From contig OX597836.1 of NCBI GenBank assembly GCA_951406725.2, forward strand, positions 23,126,001-23,190,000: 64,000 nt of DNA, read 5' to 3'. This document shows, one piece after another, positions 13,214 to 55,304 of the stretch; position 1 is the first letter of the stretch, and the number at the start of each line of letters is the position of its first letter. Origin of the DNA: Octopus vulgaris (lineage: Eukaryota). Made by a program: the position numbers and the translations under genes. Below the pieces are notes generated by a model. That model saw nothing but the letters and a program-made list of their open reading frames with translations. It did not search any database and was not told where the DNA came from.

Positions 13214-13590
13214 TTAAACAGCACATAAAATTTATAAAGAACTAGCAGAGGTACCTGGTAATACCCAGGAGCGGGGATATTCCCAGTACCCATTACAATG
13301 CCTAATTTCTCTCAGACAGAAAAGGAAATCAGGACATAGGACCGATAGTAGAGGGTGTAAGCAATTTCATTTACGAAGCAATAATACAAATAAATATGCG
13401 TGGAATCGGAAAATGACAATCATTTGGTCAGATGAGTGGAAAGCTGCAAATATATATAATCAATGGGAACATAAGATTGGAATTGTAAAGGAGTGCTATG
13501 AAAAAAAAAAAAAAGAACATAAAAGTTTGAAAAGTAAACAAAAAATTATTTAGAGAAAAGAGATTTTAGACTTAGAAAAATGGCTGGAGT

Positions 13591-13986
13591 GGCGCAGGAG
13601 TGGCTGTGTAGTAAGTAGCTTGCTTACCAACCACATGGTTCCGGGTTCAGTCCCACTGCGTGGCACCTTGGGCAAGTGTCTTCTACTATAGCCTCGGGCC
13701 GACCAAAGCCTTGTGAGTGGATTTGGTAGACGGAAACTGAAAAGAAGCCCGTCGTATATGTATATATATATGTATGTTTGTGTGTCTGTGTTTGTCCCCC
13801 TAGCATTGCTTGACAACCGATGCTGGTGTGTTTACGTCCCCGTCACTTAGCGGTTCGGCAAAACAGACCGATAGAATAAGTACTGGGCTTACAAAGAATA
13901 AGTCCCGGGGTCGATTTGCTCGACTAAAGGCGGTGCTCCAGCATGGCCGCAGTCAAATGACTGAAACAAGTAAAAGAGTAAAAGAG
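13591..13986 (+). mobile_element. tRNA-derived SINE, family A (young copy)
   Basis: A box TGGCTGTGTAGT, B box GGTTCAGTCCC, CCTTGGGCAAGT core, (TAAAAGAG) tail; near-identical copies elsewhere. Confidence 0.9.
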
Positions 13987-14472
13987 GAGTGCAGAGGCAA
14001 CAATGTGGCAGTCATAAGATGCTATGAGGAGGGAAAAGGAGCATACAAAAAGGATGATTTTCGTCATTTTTGGGCAAATTCTCTTGCAACCTGAGAGAAA
14101 ATTTTAAGTGCACATGCACTTAATTTGATGACTGTTTCATGGGTTATAATTCCACTGATCATGAGAATCAAATATCAATTGCAACAGTTAGGACTGACAA
14201 ATTTACGTGCAGGTTTTAAGAAAGTACATTACAGGTTTTAGCACACAATGCTGCAACGTTTAGTACTGATAATTTTAAGTGCAGGTGTTAAGAAAATACA
14301 TGTTACAGCAACCTAAGGATGCTGAAATAATTGATGAACATTTTAACCCAACAACAATTTAGGCCAAATTTCATAAATCAGTTAATCAAAAATCATCTTA
14401 CACTTTGCTTGAGTGGCCTAGGTAAAAATTTATTTGTCTTAAGCCATCCTTTTCGCATATTCCATCTCTCTG

Positions 14473-14852
14473 TTTTTACTCTTTTACTTGTTTCAGTCAT
14501 TTGACTGCGGCCATGCTGGAGCACCGCCTTTAGTTGAGCAAATCGACCCCGGGACTTATTCTTTGTAAGCCCAGTACTTATTCTATCGGTCTGTTTTGCC
14601 GAACAGCTAAGTGACGGGGACGTAAACACACCAGCATCGGTTGTCAAGCAATGCTAGGGGGAAAAACACAGACACACAAACATACATACATATATATGAC
14701 GGGCTTCTTTCAGTTTCCGTCTACCAAATCCACTCACATGGCTTTGGTCGGCCCGAGGCTATAGTAGAAGACACTTGCCCAAAGTGCCACGCAGTGGGAC
14801 TGAACCCGGAACCATGTGGTTGGTAAGCAAGCTACTTACCACACAGCCACTC
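14473..14852 (-). mobile_element. SINE family A, inverted copy
   Basis: Reverse complement of 13591-13986 with few differences. Confidence 0.9.
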
Positions 14853-16077
14853 TGTGTATAAAATTTGAAGAAAATCTGTTGAAAATTTTAAAAGTTATGG
14901 CAGAAAATAACATTCATATGAGAATTTGTATTGAAATGTCCTATTGATTTTTGAAAATTTGAAGCTGCTTAAAAAGTATCTATTTTTTGTTTAATGCCTA
15001 CCTTCCATGCTAGCATGGGTGGGACACACACACACACACACACATTATATATATATCTGTGTGTGTTTGTCTTCCACCATTGCTTGACAATCAGTCTTGA
15101 TGTGTCGATTTATTTGACTAAAAATTCATCAAGATGGCGCTCCAGCAAGGCCACAGTCTGATGACTGAAACCAGTAAAATATAAAAGATATGGATGGGTA
15201 GACAGAGAGTGATTGATTTATTGATTGGTCCCCTTAGGTTTTGATTCCTTGTTTGATCCTTTTATTCTATTGTTTATATTACGCTTTGTTCTATTTGTTT
15301 TACGAAAATTTTCAGCTTGTTTTGGAAAATCTCTTCTCACTTGAAGAAAATCATTTTCACAACCTCTTCAAAAATATCTGTAATTATTGTAGAAAAGTTG
15401 AAGTTTAAGCCATAGGAAGTATGTTCATCCACAAGGGTTATTTGCAAATGTATTGAAAATATGCTTCAGGCACTAGGTGTTTAATAAATTGTTGTTATTT
15501 AGCGTATAGGGTTACAATAGAGATTAAGGAGTTGAACAAATCCTCACTAGGTGTGTTTGATAATCTCCTCTATCAACTGGATGAAATACACTGTTTACAT
15601 CAGATAATCTGAATGTTTAGCAATGCAGAATTTAAGGTGGTTAGTAGTGGTGGTGTTGTTTAACCCTAGGTCAGTACTGATTCAGCAGACCTATGATCAG
15701 TCTCATTCTGTTTGTGATTGTCTTCAGTTTTTTTAAGAAGGTAGTGTATTGTTAAAGAGATTTGGTTGCTTTTTCTAGCAGGTGATGTAATTACATAGTG
15801 GCTCATGATGGTGATGTTTATTTAGCTCCCAGGTTATCTCTGTTTTAACTTGTTCACATTTAACTTCGCCATATCAAACACAAATATCCTTCCTGTTTTA
15901 TGTTCAAACCAGCTAGATCTGGCCTCTTACACCCACCCTGCAATGTCATTATAAAAAAGTAAGACATGTTAAGTTGGCCTTCAAGCCCTCATTATCTCAT
16001 AGCATTGTTGAAATGGGGATGCAGACCTGACTAAATGATTTAATCCTTTTGTTATGATCTTTGTGTTATCATCATTA

Positions 16078-16237
16078 TGGAGTGGCTGTGTGGTAAGTAG
16101 CTTGTTTACCAACCACATGGTTCCGGGTTCAGTCCCACTGCGTGGCACCTTGGGCAAGTGTCTTCTACTATAGCCTCGGGCCGACCAAAGCCTTGTGAGT
16201 GGATTTGGTAGACAGAAACTGAAAGAAGCCTGTCGTA

Positions 16238-16303
<66 letters not shown>

Positions 16304-16518
16304 TGTGTGTGTTTGTGCGTCTGTTTGTCCCCCTAGCATTGCTTGACAACCGATGCTGGTGTGTTTATGTCCCCGTTACTTAGCGGTTCGGCAAAAGAGA
16401 CCGATAGAATAAGTACTGGGCTTGCAAAAGAATAAGTCCCGGGGTCGAGTTGCTCGATTAAAGTCGGTGCTCCAGCATGGCCGCAGTCAAATGACTGAAA
16501 CAAGTAAAAGAGTAAGGA
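16078..16518 (+). mobile_element. SINE family A
   Basis: Same sequence with an expanded internal (TA)n. Confidence 0.9.
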
Positions 16519-18854
16519 GTGTTATCATCATTATTTAAACATCTATTTTCCATACTGACAATAGTTGAACAGTTTAACTGGCACTGACTGGCCAGTCAGA
16601 GAGCTGTCCAGGTTCCAAGTGTCTGTTTTGGCATGGTTTCTATAGCTGGATGCCCTTCCTAATGCCAACCAATTTAGAGTGCAGTAGGTACTTTCTACAT
16701 AGTACTGGCACTGGCATGACTGCATTTTATGTGACACCAGCACAAGTGCATTTTAAGTGGCACTGGCACCTACAGCTGAGAGAGGGAGTGGGGCATGTTC
16801 ATAAAGGACATGCCTATATGTATGGACGGCTGCGATTTTTCTTAGCCTGGCATATTCATTATTTCAGTCAGTTTTGTCATTTATTATTAAGCTGGTGTTT
16901 GAAACAAGTCAACATGAAATTTTAATGACAGATTTTGATTTAAATCATCTTAAAATAGCATGTTTGTGTTACAGAACCAAGGGTTGGCACCAAAGGGGTT
17001 AAGAGGGTTGGGAAGAAGAAGGGCAACTGGCCATAGAAAATACTCATTGTATTTTGTCTGAGTCATGCAAGCATAGAAATGTGGACATGAGAACAATGAT
17101 GTATTTATATTTAATATATTATACAAGCATGGAACACTTACATCTGGTACACGCAGTTTCCTGGCAGCATCAGATATAATTTTATCCAATCTACTGCTGT
17201 CATACATGTTCATTACAGGAAAAACAGTTTGACTAAACCTTTCAAGGCATTGCCCCAATCCAATAACTGAGATAGATATACCAGTGTGTGTGTGTATGTA
17301 TTGTTGCTGTGGTTGTGTATTTAATTATGTTATGTTTTGGTCATTATGTTAATGACTGAAACAAGTAAAACAATGAAAGACTATCAATATGATTGTTTCT
17401 AAACAAATTGCATTCTTTGTAAGGAACTAAATTCTCCCATTTTTAATGCTAAACATTTTATGGTATACTTTTTTAAAATGTACCCAACATGCTGTTAATT
17501 CCATTTGAAAAATTGATCTAGGTTTGAATCTTTCAACTTCATTTTGGCTGGAATGGATTTCGATGTATGGCTTCCATGCAGGTGGCACGTAAAATGCACC
17601 AATCCGACCGTGGCCGATGCCAGCCTCGCCTGGCACCAGTGCAGGTGGCACGTAAAAAGCACCCACTACACTCTCGGAGTGGTTGGCGTTAGGAAGGGCA
17701 TCCAGCTGTAGAAACTTTGCCAGATAAGACCGGAGCCTGGTGCAGCCTTCTGGCTTCCCAGATCCCTGGTCGAACCGTCCAACCCATGCTAGCATGGAGA
17801 ACGGACGTTAAACGATGATGATGATGATGATCAGTGACTACAGATTAGAGTGGATTTAGATATCCAGTAGAGAACGTAAATTCTCATTTTGTCTTTCATT
17901 ATATCTGAACACTTCACTCTGATCTTGTTGTCAATCTAGATCAGTATGTTCCTCAACCAGTTTTTATCTCTAGATACCTTTGATTTCTATTTCACTTGGA
18001 TGGACTTTCATAGACATTTGATGTTTTTAAAAAAATCATATTCATCATCATCATGCTTTAATGTCCATTTTCCATGCTAGCATGGGTTGGCTGGTTTGAC
18101 CACAGCTGGCCAACAGGACAGTTGCACCAGGTTCCAGTCTGATTTGGCTTGGTTTCAACAGCTGGGTACCCTTTGTATGTGGGACTGACACAGTTGTTTT
18201 TTACGTGACACTAGCACAAGGCTCTTGCAGGCCAATCCTCTTCAGCAGGGGGAACAGCAAGAAATTATATAAAACAGATTGTTAAAGCATTTTGTGTATT
18301 GTGGAAGTAAGACCAATATATTATACATAAATTTTAACAACAAAATCTTATGGACCCTGGTTGAGAACCTCTAATCTAGATGGACATGTTCCAGATTTAT
18401 TGTCTCCAGGGTTTGTTATTTACTTGCTTTGGTACCTGATTTTATCCCGTAGAGTTTTACACATGAAATCATCAGCATGTTGCCTATCAGGCATAACTAC
18501 CAACCCAGTCATGTTTTTTGTATTTACCAGGAACAGGCTGCCAGATTTGATGTGACTAGAAGCTCTAGACTCGAAGCAGAAAGTCTAATTTTAGTTGTAA
18601 TGCATCAATGCCTAGCCACTGCCTCCTTCAACTTGTAGAGTTGTGTTTATTTACTTGACCTTGCAGGAGCAGGGGCTAACAGTTTCTTTGATAGAAATTG
18701 AGTGTAAAGGAAAGTGGGACATGACTAAGTACCACAAGGCATTTTATCTGTTGCTCTACTGATTCCATTATATACTATCATGATGTGTGTTTGTGTGAAT
18801 AATATATGTCTGTTGTTTTAATTGGTCTTCTTTTTTTCTTTCCTCTCTTTCTAG

Positions 18855-47262
<28,408 letters not shown>

Positions 47263-48157
47263 AAAAGAAATGTTTTTGTGCCTGATATATATATTTTATT
47301 TTTAATTTCTTTTTTTAAAAAAAAAAAAAGACTTTTTTTCCTATTTTTTGTTCACATTATTTTTCTTAAACCCTCTTTCCTCTTTCTGTCTGGAAACATG
47401 TTTTCGTTCTATTTTCTTCCTAATGAACTAGAAGCTGTTGTAATTAAATATGGCTAAGAAAAATAAAACAACAACATCAATTACATGTCAAAATATATTT
47501 TTGAAATGAATTTATTTCTGGCAAAGGTTTCAGAAAAGCTTGTATTGTCTACCTTATACAGCGTTTTCTATTTTCTATAATGTGTTCTAAGGTCCTTTTC
47601 TCCCTGCTGATTGTTGCACTTCTTTTGTTACATATAAGATTCTTTGTTTTTGACACAGGTTTTTAATGTAGTACTCATGCTGGGACTGCTACATATGCAC
47701 AAGGCATAAAGGAATGGAGTATCAACCCCCCTTGATAAATGTTTGTGTGTGTGTGCGCGTGTTTAAAGTTGGTGACTCATTTTGTTGCTACTCTGGGTTC
47801 TTAATTTGTGTGTTTTCAGTAAACTGATGCCTCACCAAATACACACAAATAAGAAACGTATGACAACAGTAAATTGTCAGCTTCAACAGAATAAACTAAT
47901 TTGACTCCATGTATTGAGTACTTTTTCTCTCATTTGTATATCCAGATGAATATATATATATTGTGTGTTGGTGTACACACAAACATATTTAGGTGCAGGT
48001 GTGGCTGTGTAGTAAGATGTGTGCCTCTCAACCATATGGTTTCCGGTTCAGTCTCACTTCATGTCACCTTGGGTAATTGTTTTCTACTGTGTCTTTGATC
48101 AGGCCGATCAAAGCCTTCTGAGTGGAATTAGTAGGTGGAAACTAAAAGAAACCCTTC

Positions 48158-48194
<37 letters not shown>

Positions 48195-48454
48195 TTCCCC
48201 ACAATCACTTGTTGGTTTGTTTATATGCCCATAAATTAGGGGTTTGATAAAAAGAGACTGATAGAAATAAGTACTAGGTTAAAAAAAATAAAAATACTTG
48301 AGGCAATTGTTTGACTAAACCCTCGAAGGTGGTGCCCCAACATGACTGCAGTGTAATGACTGAAAGAAGTAAATATGCGTGTGTGTGTATATATATATAT
48401 ATATATATTTCTAAATATCTCAAAGAGACATGATGGTGGAGCAATCAAACTTAA

Positions 48455-48577
48455 CATGACAGTCCCGTATGGGAATTACCTCACCATTGTTTAGCCCTAG
48501 GAAGCATCGAACAGGAAGTGTTCGATGCTTCCTAGGGCTAAACAGCAGTGGTGTGATTTCCATACGGGACTGTCACG
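48455..48577. mobile_element. Palindromic MITE with TTAA flanks
   Basis: Nearly the whole element is an inverted repeat around a GGAAG loop; TTAA at 48451-48454 and 48578-48581. Confidence 0.75.
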
Positions 48578-51500
48578 TTAAGTTGACAGTATACAACCAC
48601 TCTATATATATATATATATACACACATACATATACATTAATACGAACATACTATCTTTAAGATAGCATGTTTTACATTGATATCATTTCATCATATATTC
48701 CAATAGTGTATATGCATATCATGGCATACCCATACAAGTGTGTGTGTGTGTGTGTCCAACCTTGTTTCTCCATAGCTTCCAGAAAAATGCATACTTTTTT
48801 TTTTTAGGAAATTTTTGTACAAATACACTTCAGTTGGTCCAGATTCTGATTTCATCAGGATTTGTTGTGAAAACTTTTTTTCCAGTGTTAGGGAGATGAG
48901 TTTCAGAAAACTCACACATGTAGGATTTTTCTCCTCATAACCTTCAATAAAATGGGTATTTTTTAAATGAAATTTCCTACAAATGCGTATTACAGTATGC
49001 AGAATACAATTATATAGGACTTTAATATGAAAAAATTCTTGTTGGGTGTGTACACATACATGCTGATACAAGTCACATATATCTATAAAATGAAACTTGA
49101 AATTTCAAAAAATTGTGATGTGTGGGCCCACTATTTTTTATTTATTTTTTTTATTTTGTTGTTGCCTGATTAAATTCTGAAAGATAATTGTAGAAAATTT
49201 CATTAAAAAATACCCACTTTTCTGAATGCTATGTGAAAAGAAATTCATGAGAACTTTCCAAGATTCTTCTTCCCATCCCCAGAAAAATTTTTCACATCAA
49301 ATTCTGATATAATCAGACTCTACATTTGAAGCATATCTGTAGAAAATTTCATTAAAAGATACTGATTTTTCTGGAAATTCTGAGGAAACAAAGTCTGTGG
49401 GGGGGCACATTTGTGTATGTATGCCTATTGCTTTAAAATAAGTAATACCAAAATTACATTGCTCTTATATATCTACATACAGATTTGCTTTGCTTCACTC
49501 ATTTTGTATGTAACAATATTTAATTATATTACTGCAGTTATATATGAGCAAACAATACACTTTCTTTCGGTTTGCATTAAAAGGGTGATACTAATTTGAA
49601 TGAAATGTGCTCAATTTTTCTCTACACCTTAACATAGGATAATGGTATTTACAATCATACTGTGTTTAGTAATGAATACTAACTGCATTAGAAATACTTT
49701 GAAGTGAGTGTGTGTACATATATCATCATCATCATCCTTTAACGTCCGTTTTCCATGCTAGCATGGGTTGGGCAGTTCGACGGGTTATTTCTACATTCCA
49801 CAACATTTCAATACATAAAAACAGAACAGACACACATACACAGAACAAGCACGCGCACACACACAGACACGCACAAACAAGAATAAGTGCGCATGCACAA
49901 CCCTTTTCTCTTCGCAACTGACAGTTGACAAGACGTTGTCACGGAAACAACCGAATCATTGTTTGCATTTTTCCGAGTCAAAACGAAAGATCACCCCATC
50001 CTGTTTTATTATTATTCAGACAGAATTTATACGTGATCACGTGGCCATCAGATGTTGCTACACATCGCTGGTCACAATGCGCTTCACATTGTTTTAGCCT
50101 TCAATGACACCACCCCGCTGGCTAAGCGAGCAGGCCAACAGAAGAATGAGTATAGCAGGGATCACCACCACCCCCTGCTGGAGCCTCATTGAATTTTAGG
50201 TGTTTTCGCTCAATAAACAATCACTTCACCCGGTCTGGGAATCGAAACTGTGATTCTACGACCGCGAGTCTGCTGCCCTAACCACTGGGCCATTGCGCCT
50301 CCACACACACATATATATGATTATCTGCTTTCATTTTATATTCATGATGAAATGTGCATTGTACTTGAATTTTTAAAAATTATTTTTAATTAATATTCTT
50401 ACATTGAACACATTTCACGTGATATAATTGCCCAATAAACTTCTTTAAAAACTTCCTTGTAGATAGACATGGAGAACAAAAGTAAAACTTGTTTTGTATT
50501 GAATGCTTTGGTAGAGTAAAATAAGATCTTTCTTTATTCAACCAAGCAAGACTGACGATTTACTCACCTAAAATAAGGTTTATGTCCTAAGGAAAAAACC
50601 CTTTGTTAAAAAGACTAATTACTTCAAAAAATAAAACAAATTAGAGCAGAAGTAAAAACGAAATGCAATACTAAATTCAATACCCAAAACTAGTTTGTTA
50701 GTATTTATAGATTGAGCTATATATATATGTGTGTGTATAAGTATATACACAAGCTGATGATGGCCTAGCTAGCCAAAACTTTAAAGTCACTGTCAACAAC
50801 ATATTTATTTAAGAATAATAAATTTGCACTTTACAAAAGTATAGAGTAACCCATCAGATTAATGCAAAACAGTTTTTTATTATAACTGAATACATAAACA
50901 TATGCATATATATATAATATAAAATAAATTTTGTGGATGTACAAGTCTCCACACTCTTTATTATTAATAATTATATATATGTATATGTTATATATATATT
51001 GGTGTTTTCTGTTTCTCGCTTTATTTTTTGGTGAATTCAGTATTAATGCAGAATATTAAACAAAGTTTGCAAAGGACCTAGCAACCTAAGGCTGAATACT
51101 CTGGTCATTCGACCTGCTAGAAATAGCTGCTGAATCTCATTGTCTTAAAGGTGATGGGGAGACACATTGAATAATATGATTGTATGTTGGAAGAAAAGGA
51201 CCTGGTTGTTATGCTTTAAGCGTCTTTTTTTTGGTAACAAGGCTTCTTGATTTGGTAAGAAATGTTTTGTTTCAGTATGCTAAACTGCACTGCAGAGAAT
51301 GTTGATACCTCTTCAACCAAAACTGTATGCATAGACAGATGTAAACATCTTGTCTTTATAGACAATAACTTTATGGATAGAAAAACAAGTCCTGTTGATT
51401 TCTTGTGTGTCTTTGAAAATATTGTATACACAGATAAGGTGTTACACAATACATAATGTTGGTTTAAAATCTATATTCTGTAGTATATCATCATTGTTTA

Positions 51501-52399
51501 ATGTCCGTTTTCCATGCTGGCATGGGTTGGATGCCCTTCCTAATGCCAACCACTCCATGAGTGTAGTGAGTGCTTTTACATGCCACTGGCACGGGGGCCA
51601 GAGGATATATTGAAAGAAAACATTAGTAATACAACTGATTTATTAATGAAACTAGCTGTCTAGAATGCATTCTATACACAAATTGGGATCCATTTAATTT
51701 ACTTAGGACCTGAACATTCAATGATTTGTAAGAAGTGTCTCTGTGGATAAAGAAGATGCTTGGATGTTGATAAAATCTCAACAAAGGAGTGAAACTAGTC
51801 TAAGATAAATAATTATCATTTTAGCATCCACTTTTCTATGGCCAGATGCCCTTCCATTGCCAAACCTTACCTGTTACCAAGGAAATACTTCCTATGGCTG
51901 GCCATGTTTTCATGGAAGACTGGAAATAAGACACTGCTAGTATGATGGTGATGTTTATTTTACAATTATTGTGTGATGTTAAAACAAGGAGACAAAACAC
52001 TCACATAAATAATGTATTGTAAAAGTAAAAAAATATTGTCAAGAAAATAAAGTTTAAAAAAAGTAAACTTTAATGGCAAATATATTTGGTGATATTTACA
52101 AAGATTTGTATTATAAGAATTAAATATCCTATTGTTGGACACAAGGTAAATATTCCTTTGTTGTTGCAACAACTTCAGATTTATATTCCAGATAAAGGAA
52201 ACTGGCTTAGGCGGACTGTGCACGTTAGAAAATGGAGCACATTTGGAGTAAATTCTTATATTGTCAGTTTTGACCAGGAATGGTAGAATGTTGACCAAGT
52301 CCAGTGCAAAGTGAAGTTCAGCTGTCCAGTGTGGTACATATAACCTATCAGAGGACCAATGGAAGTTTTCTTCGGGATGATTCATAGAAAATCAATCAA

Positions 52400-52501
52400 T
52401 CAGCCAGTTTTTCTCATAGTGATCATCGTATTGATCTCCCAAATTATTGTTCGGATGTGATCAATAACTTCCTTCAGTTGACGGCTTTTCAATTGTATTC
52501 G
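52400..52501 (-). CDS. MED30: MED30 last coding exon
   Basis: poly-T CCAG|RIQLKSRQLKEVIDHIRTIIWEINTMITMRKTG*. Confidence 0.95.
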   Translation of the reverse strand, partial: RIQLKSRQLKEVIDHIRTIIWEINTMITMRKTG

Positions 52502-55149
52502 CTGGAAAAAAAAAAAGAAAAACAGATAAATGATTAGAATTTTACTTACGAATTAAAACAGTTTGTTTAAAATAGTTAAAATGGGAACAGAAACAGACTC
52601 AGACAAAAACTTACATCAACCATGTCTCTGTGTTCTTCAGAAACAATATGGTAAAGGTTATTTTTTTCAGCATCTCGAAGGAATTCTGTGTTATATTCCT
52701 TGTTACAAATTGGTATAAGATTCTACAGAAATTAAAAAATTAAATTACTGAAATAACAATATGTGCAATTTTAAAAGAAAACAACAACAAAAAATCTTAA
52801 ATTACTAATGAATGGCTTCTGAGACTTAATAAAGTTATGTAAAGCAGGCGAGGACTGACAGTGAATTCTGTGAAGAATTTAGTAAAAAGACATCCACCAA
52901 ATTCCTAATTCTTCTCTCCCTACTCACCTCATACCTTGAGGGGCCACCTGGATACCTCATTACTATTTATCGCTTTGCAGCTCCACCTGATCAATCTCAC
53001 CCTTTCTTCTAAATGTGAATAGTCATGTAACTCCTCTACAATAATAACCTTCTCATACTTGAACCCTCATCTCATGCCTCACCCCCATCAACTTCCTTGG
53101 TTTATATATAGTCTTGCAGTCTGCAAGATAACCTCACTAGTGCAGGTGGTACAAACAAAACACTCAGTCCATACTGTTAGATGGTAGATAGTTGGCTTTA
53201 GGAAGCCATAAAAACCATGCTGAAGCAGACACTGGACCAGAATGCAGTCGTTGGGCCCACTGGAATCTGTCAAACCATCCAACCCATTAAATAATGAGGA
53301 ATAATAGTCTTCAGTAAAACCCTCACATCAGCTCTCTACCACTTGTTTTAATTCTTCAGTAGATTAAAACTGGATGATTTTTATTTGCTGATGCCCTGAT
53401 TCTAAATTTAGAATCTACCAAAGAGTTGTAGAATATGATCCAAAAATGAAACTATAGCTTAGAGTCCAAAGGACAACATGTCATACAGCAAAGACCTAAT
53501 TGTTGACACAGAGCACTAAACTGGCTTTTCCTGGCTTTGCCTCAAATCACAGCATACTACTTTACAACAGAAGGAAGCATCAGAAAAAAAAAAGTCAGGA
53601 TGGTCATAACTGGAAACCCTTTCATCACTAGATTGCTTAATCAGGGCTGATCCAGAATAACAACAGTAATAAAAGATTTATGTTTTGTACAAAAAGTAGA
53701 CTTTATAGAGAAGCAAAGAAAGATCTACTTAATAATAAATTATATATTTTTAAATAGTTATTCTGAAAGGAAAAAAGCATCTTAAGAGCTATGAGATAAG
53801 TTCAAAAATAAAAATAATTTAAAATATCTAAATATTCTTACTTCAGAAGAAAACATTGCTTCTCTTGGACCAGTGCTTTCTTCTACTTTTTCAGAAATGA
53901 TACGTAGTTTGCGGAAACCTAAATTCAAAATCCTCATTTGATCATCAAGTTTATTTTTCTTCTCTTGGTATTGTTGTACATTATAAGAAGCACCATTAGG
54001 CAACTGCAACAGAGAAATATTGCATTAAACTATTGACAAAAAGAAAGAAAGAAGAAAAAAAAAAACCCGATGCATTCATTGATGTTTTCAAGAACAATTT
54101 AGGGTGAAATATCTTTTACTAGCTTTATTCTAATAGAATCAAAACCTTATTTTTTGGTGTGTGTGTGATTTTTATTGGTTCAAAATTTCTTTGACTGTAT
54201 CAATTTTATTTGCTTCATGGAAATACTTTACAAATAGATGTGCTTCCAAACACTGAAGTGGGACTCAGCTAAATAGAAAGTACACATGAAAATAACACGT
54301 TGTTGAAGAATGTAACGCTGTGTTACTTCTGTGGCCAGAATCTAAGGACAAGTAACAGCTTCAATATGCTGACGTACATAGAGACCTGTGCTCTATCACT
54401 ACACAAGGAGAGACAAAACAAAACTGCATAAAGAGAATCTTTATGCCAAAGGGGGCTCTTCTCTTGTGAGTACTTGGTGACTTCACCAGTGCTGGTGCCA
54501 TGCAAAAAAAAAAAAAAAAAATCCCAGCACACTTTGTAAAGTGGTTGTTATTAGGAGGGGCAACAATGTCAAAGCAGACATTAGAACTTGGCAAAGGCTT
54601 TTGGCTCGTCAGCTCCTGTCAAACTATCCAACCCATGTGAGCAAGGAAAAAGGGATGTTATACGATGATGATGATGATGATATTATTCAAATTAAAATCA
54701 ATTAAATAAAGGATGAAATCAGCAAAAAGAATTATGATGAAAAATTAAGAGATTATTGGCAGACTTACTGATATGGTTTTCAGAATACCGAAGATATCTG
54801 CAGCTCTTTGTACTGTGTCATGTACAATCTCTTGACCAAGTCGACACAAGGAAACACTATTAACCTCTTTAGGGAGCTGACCACCTTGTTGGCTTCCTGC
54901 GACATTACTTGGTAACTGACTGCTTCCTCCTTGTGATAACATTCCACCACCTGACTGGGGCAGCATGTTGGATTGTTGAGCGTTTTGTTGCTGATTGGTC
55001 TGACCTGCCTGACCATGCATTTGCTGTTGTGATAAAGGTGGGACTAATGCAGACCCCGCCATTTGAGAGGCTTGTCCTGAGGCTGACATACCTGTATTTA
55101 GATATATGTTACTCCCTTGTGATCCTCCATATGAATGATTACCTGCCAT
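52400..55149 (-). CDS. MED30: Mediator of RNA polymerase II transcription subunit 30, spliced CDS, 250 aa
   Basis: Exons 55149-54769, 54003-53842, 52722-52615, 52501-52400, all phase 0 and GT-AG. EVNSVSLCRLGQEIVHDTV, LPNG, FRKLRII, LIP and QLKEVIDHIRTIIWEINTMITMR match the MED30 family (human EVNTASLCRIGQETVQDIV...QLPNG...LIWDINAMLAMRN). Confidence 0.95.
52615..52722 (-). CDS. MED30: MED30 coding exon 3
   Basis: CTGTAG|NLIPICNKEYNTEFLRDAEKNNLYHIVSEEHRDMVD|GTAAGT. Confidence 0.92.
53842..54003 (-). CDS. MED30: MED30 coding exon 2
   Basis: TTGCAG|LPNGASYNVQQYQEKKNKLDDQMRILNLGFRKLRIISEK...SSE|GTAAGA. Confidence 0.95.
54769..55149 (-). CDS. MED30: MED30 first coding exon
   Basis: ATG at 55149, Q/G/S-rich leader, then EVNSVSLCRLGQEIVHD...KTIS|GTAAGT. 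Confidence 0.93.
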
Positions 55150-55304
55150 CTAAAACACCTGTAGTGACAAACAGCAATTAGGGAAAATGAATTACAAGAA
55201 GCAGTTTTTGAACAAAAGTACATGTGCAAAATAAGAGAGAGAGAGAGAGGTTTGTTTAGTGGTTTTACTCTGATGCGAAACCTATACTCTCTCTCTCTCT
55301 CTCT

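Noticed and set aside
13550-16383. Recurring short ORFs (MSSNARG..., MTTDAGV..., ...GLNPEPCGW)
   Set aside because: Translations of SINE family A copies
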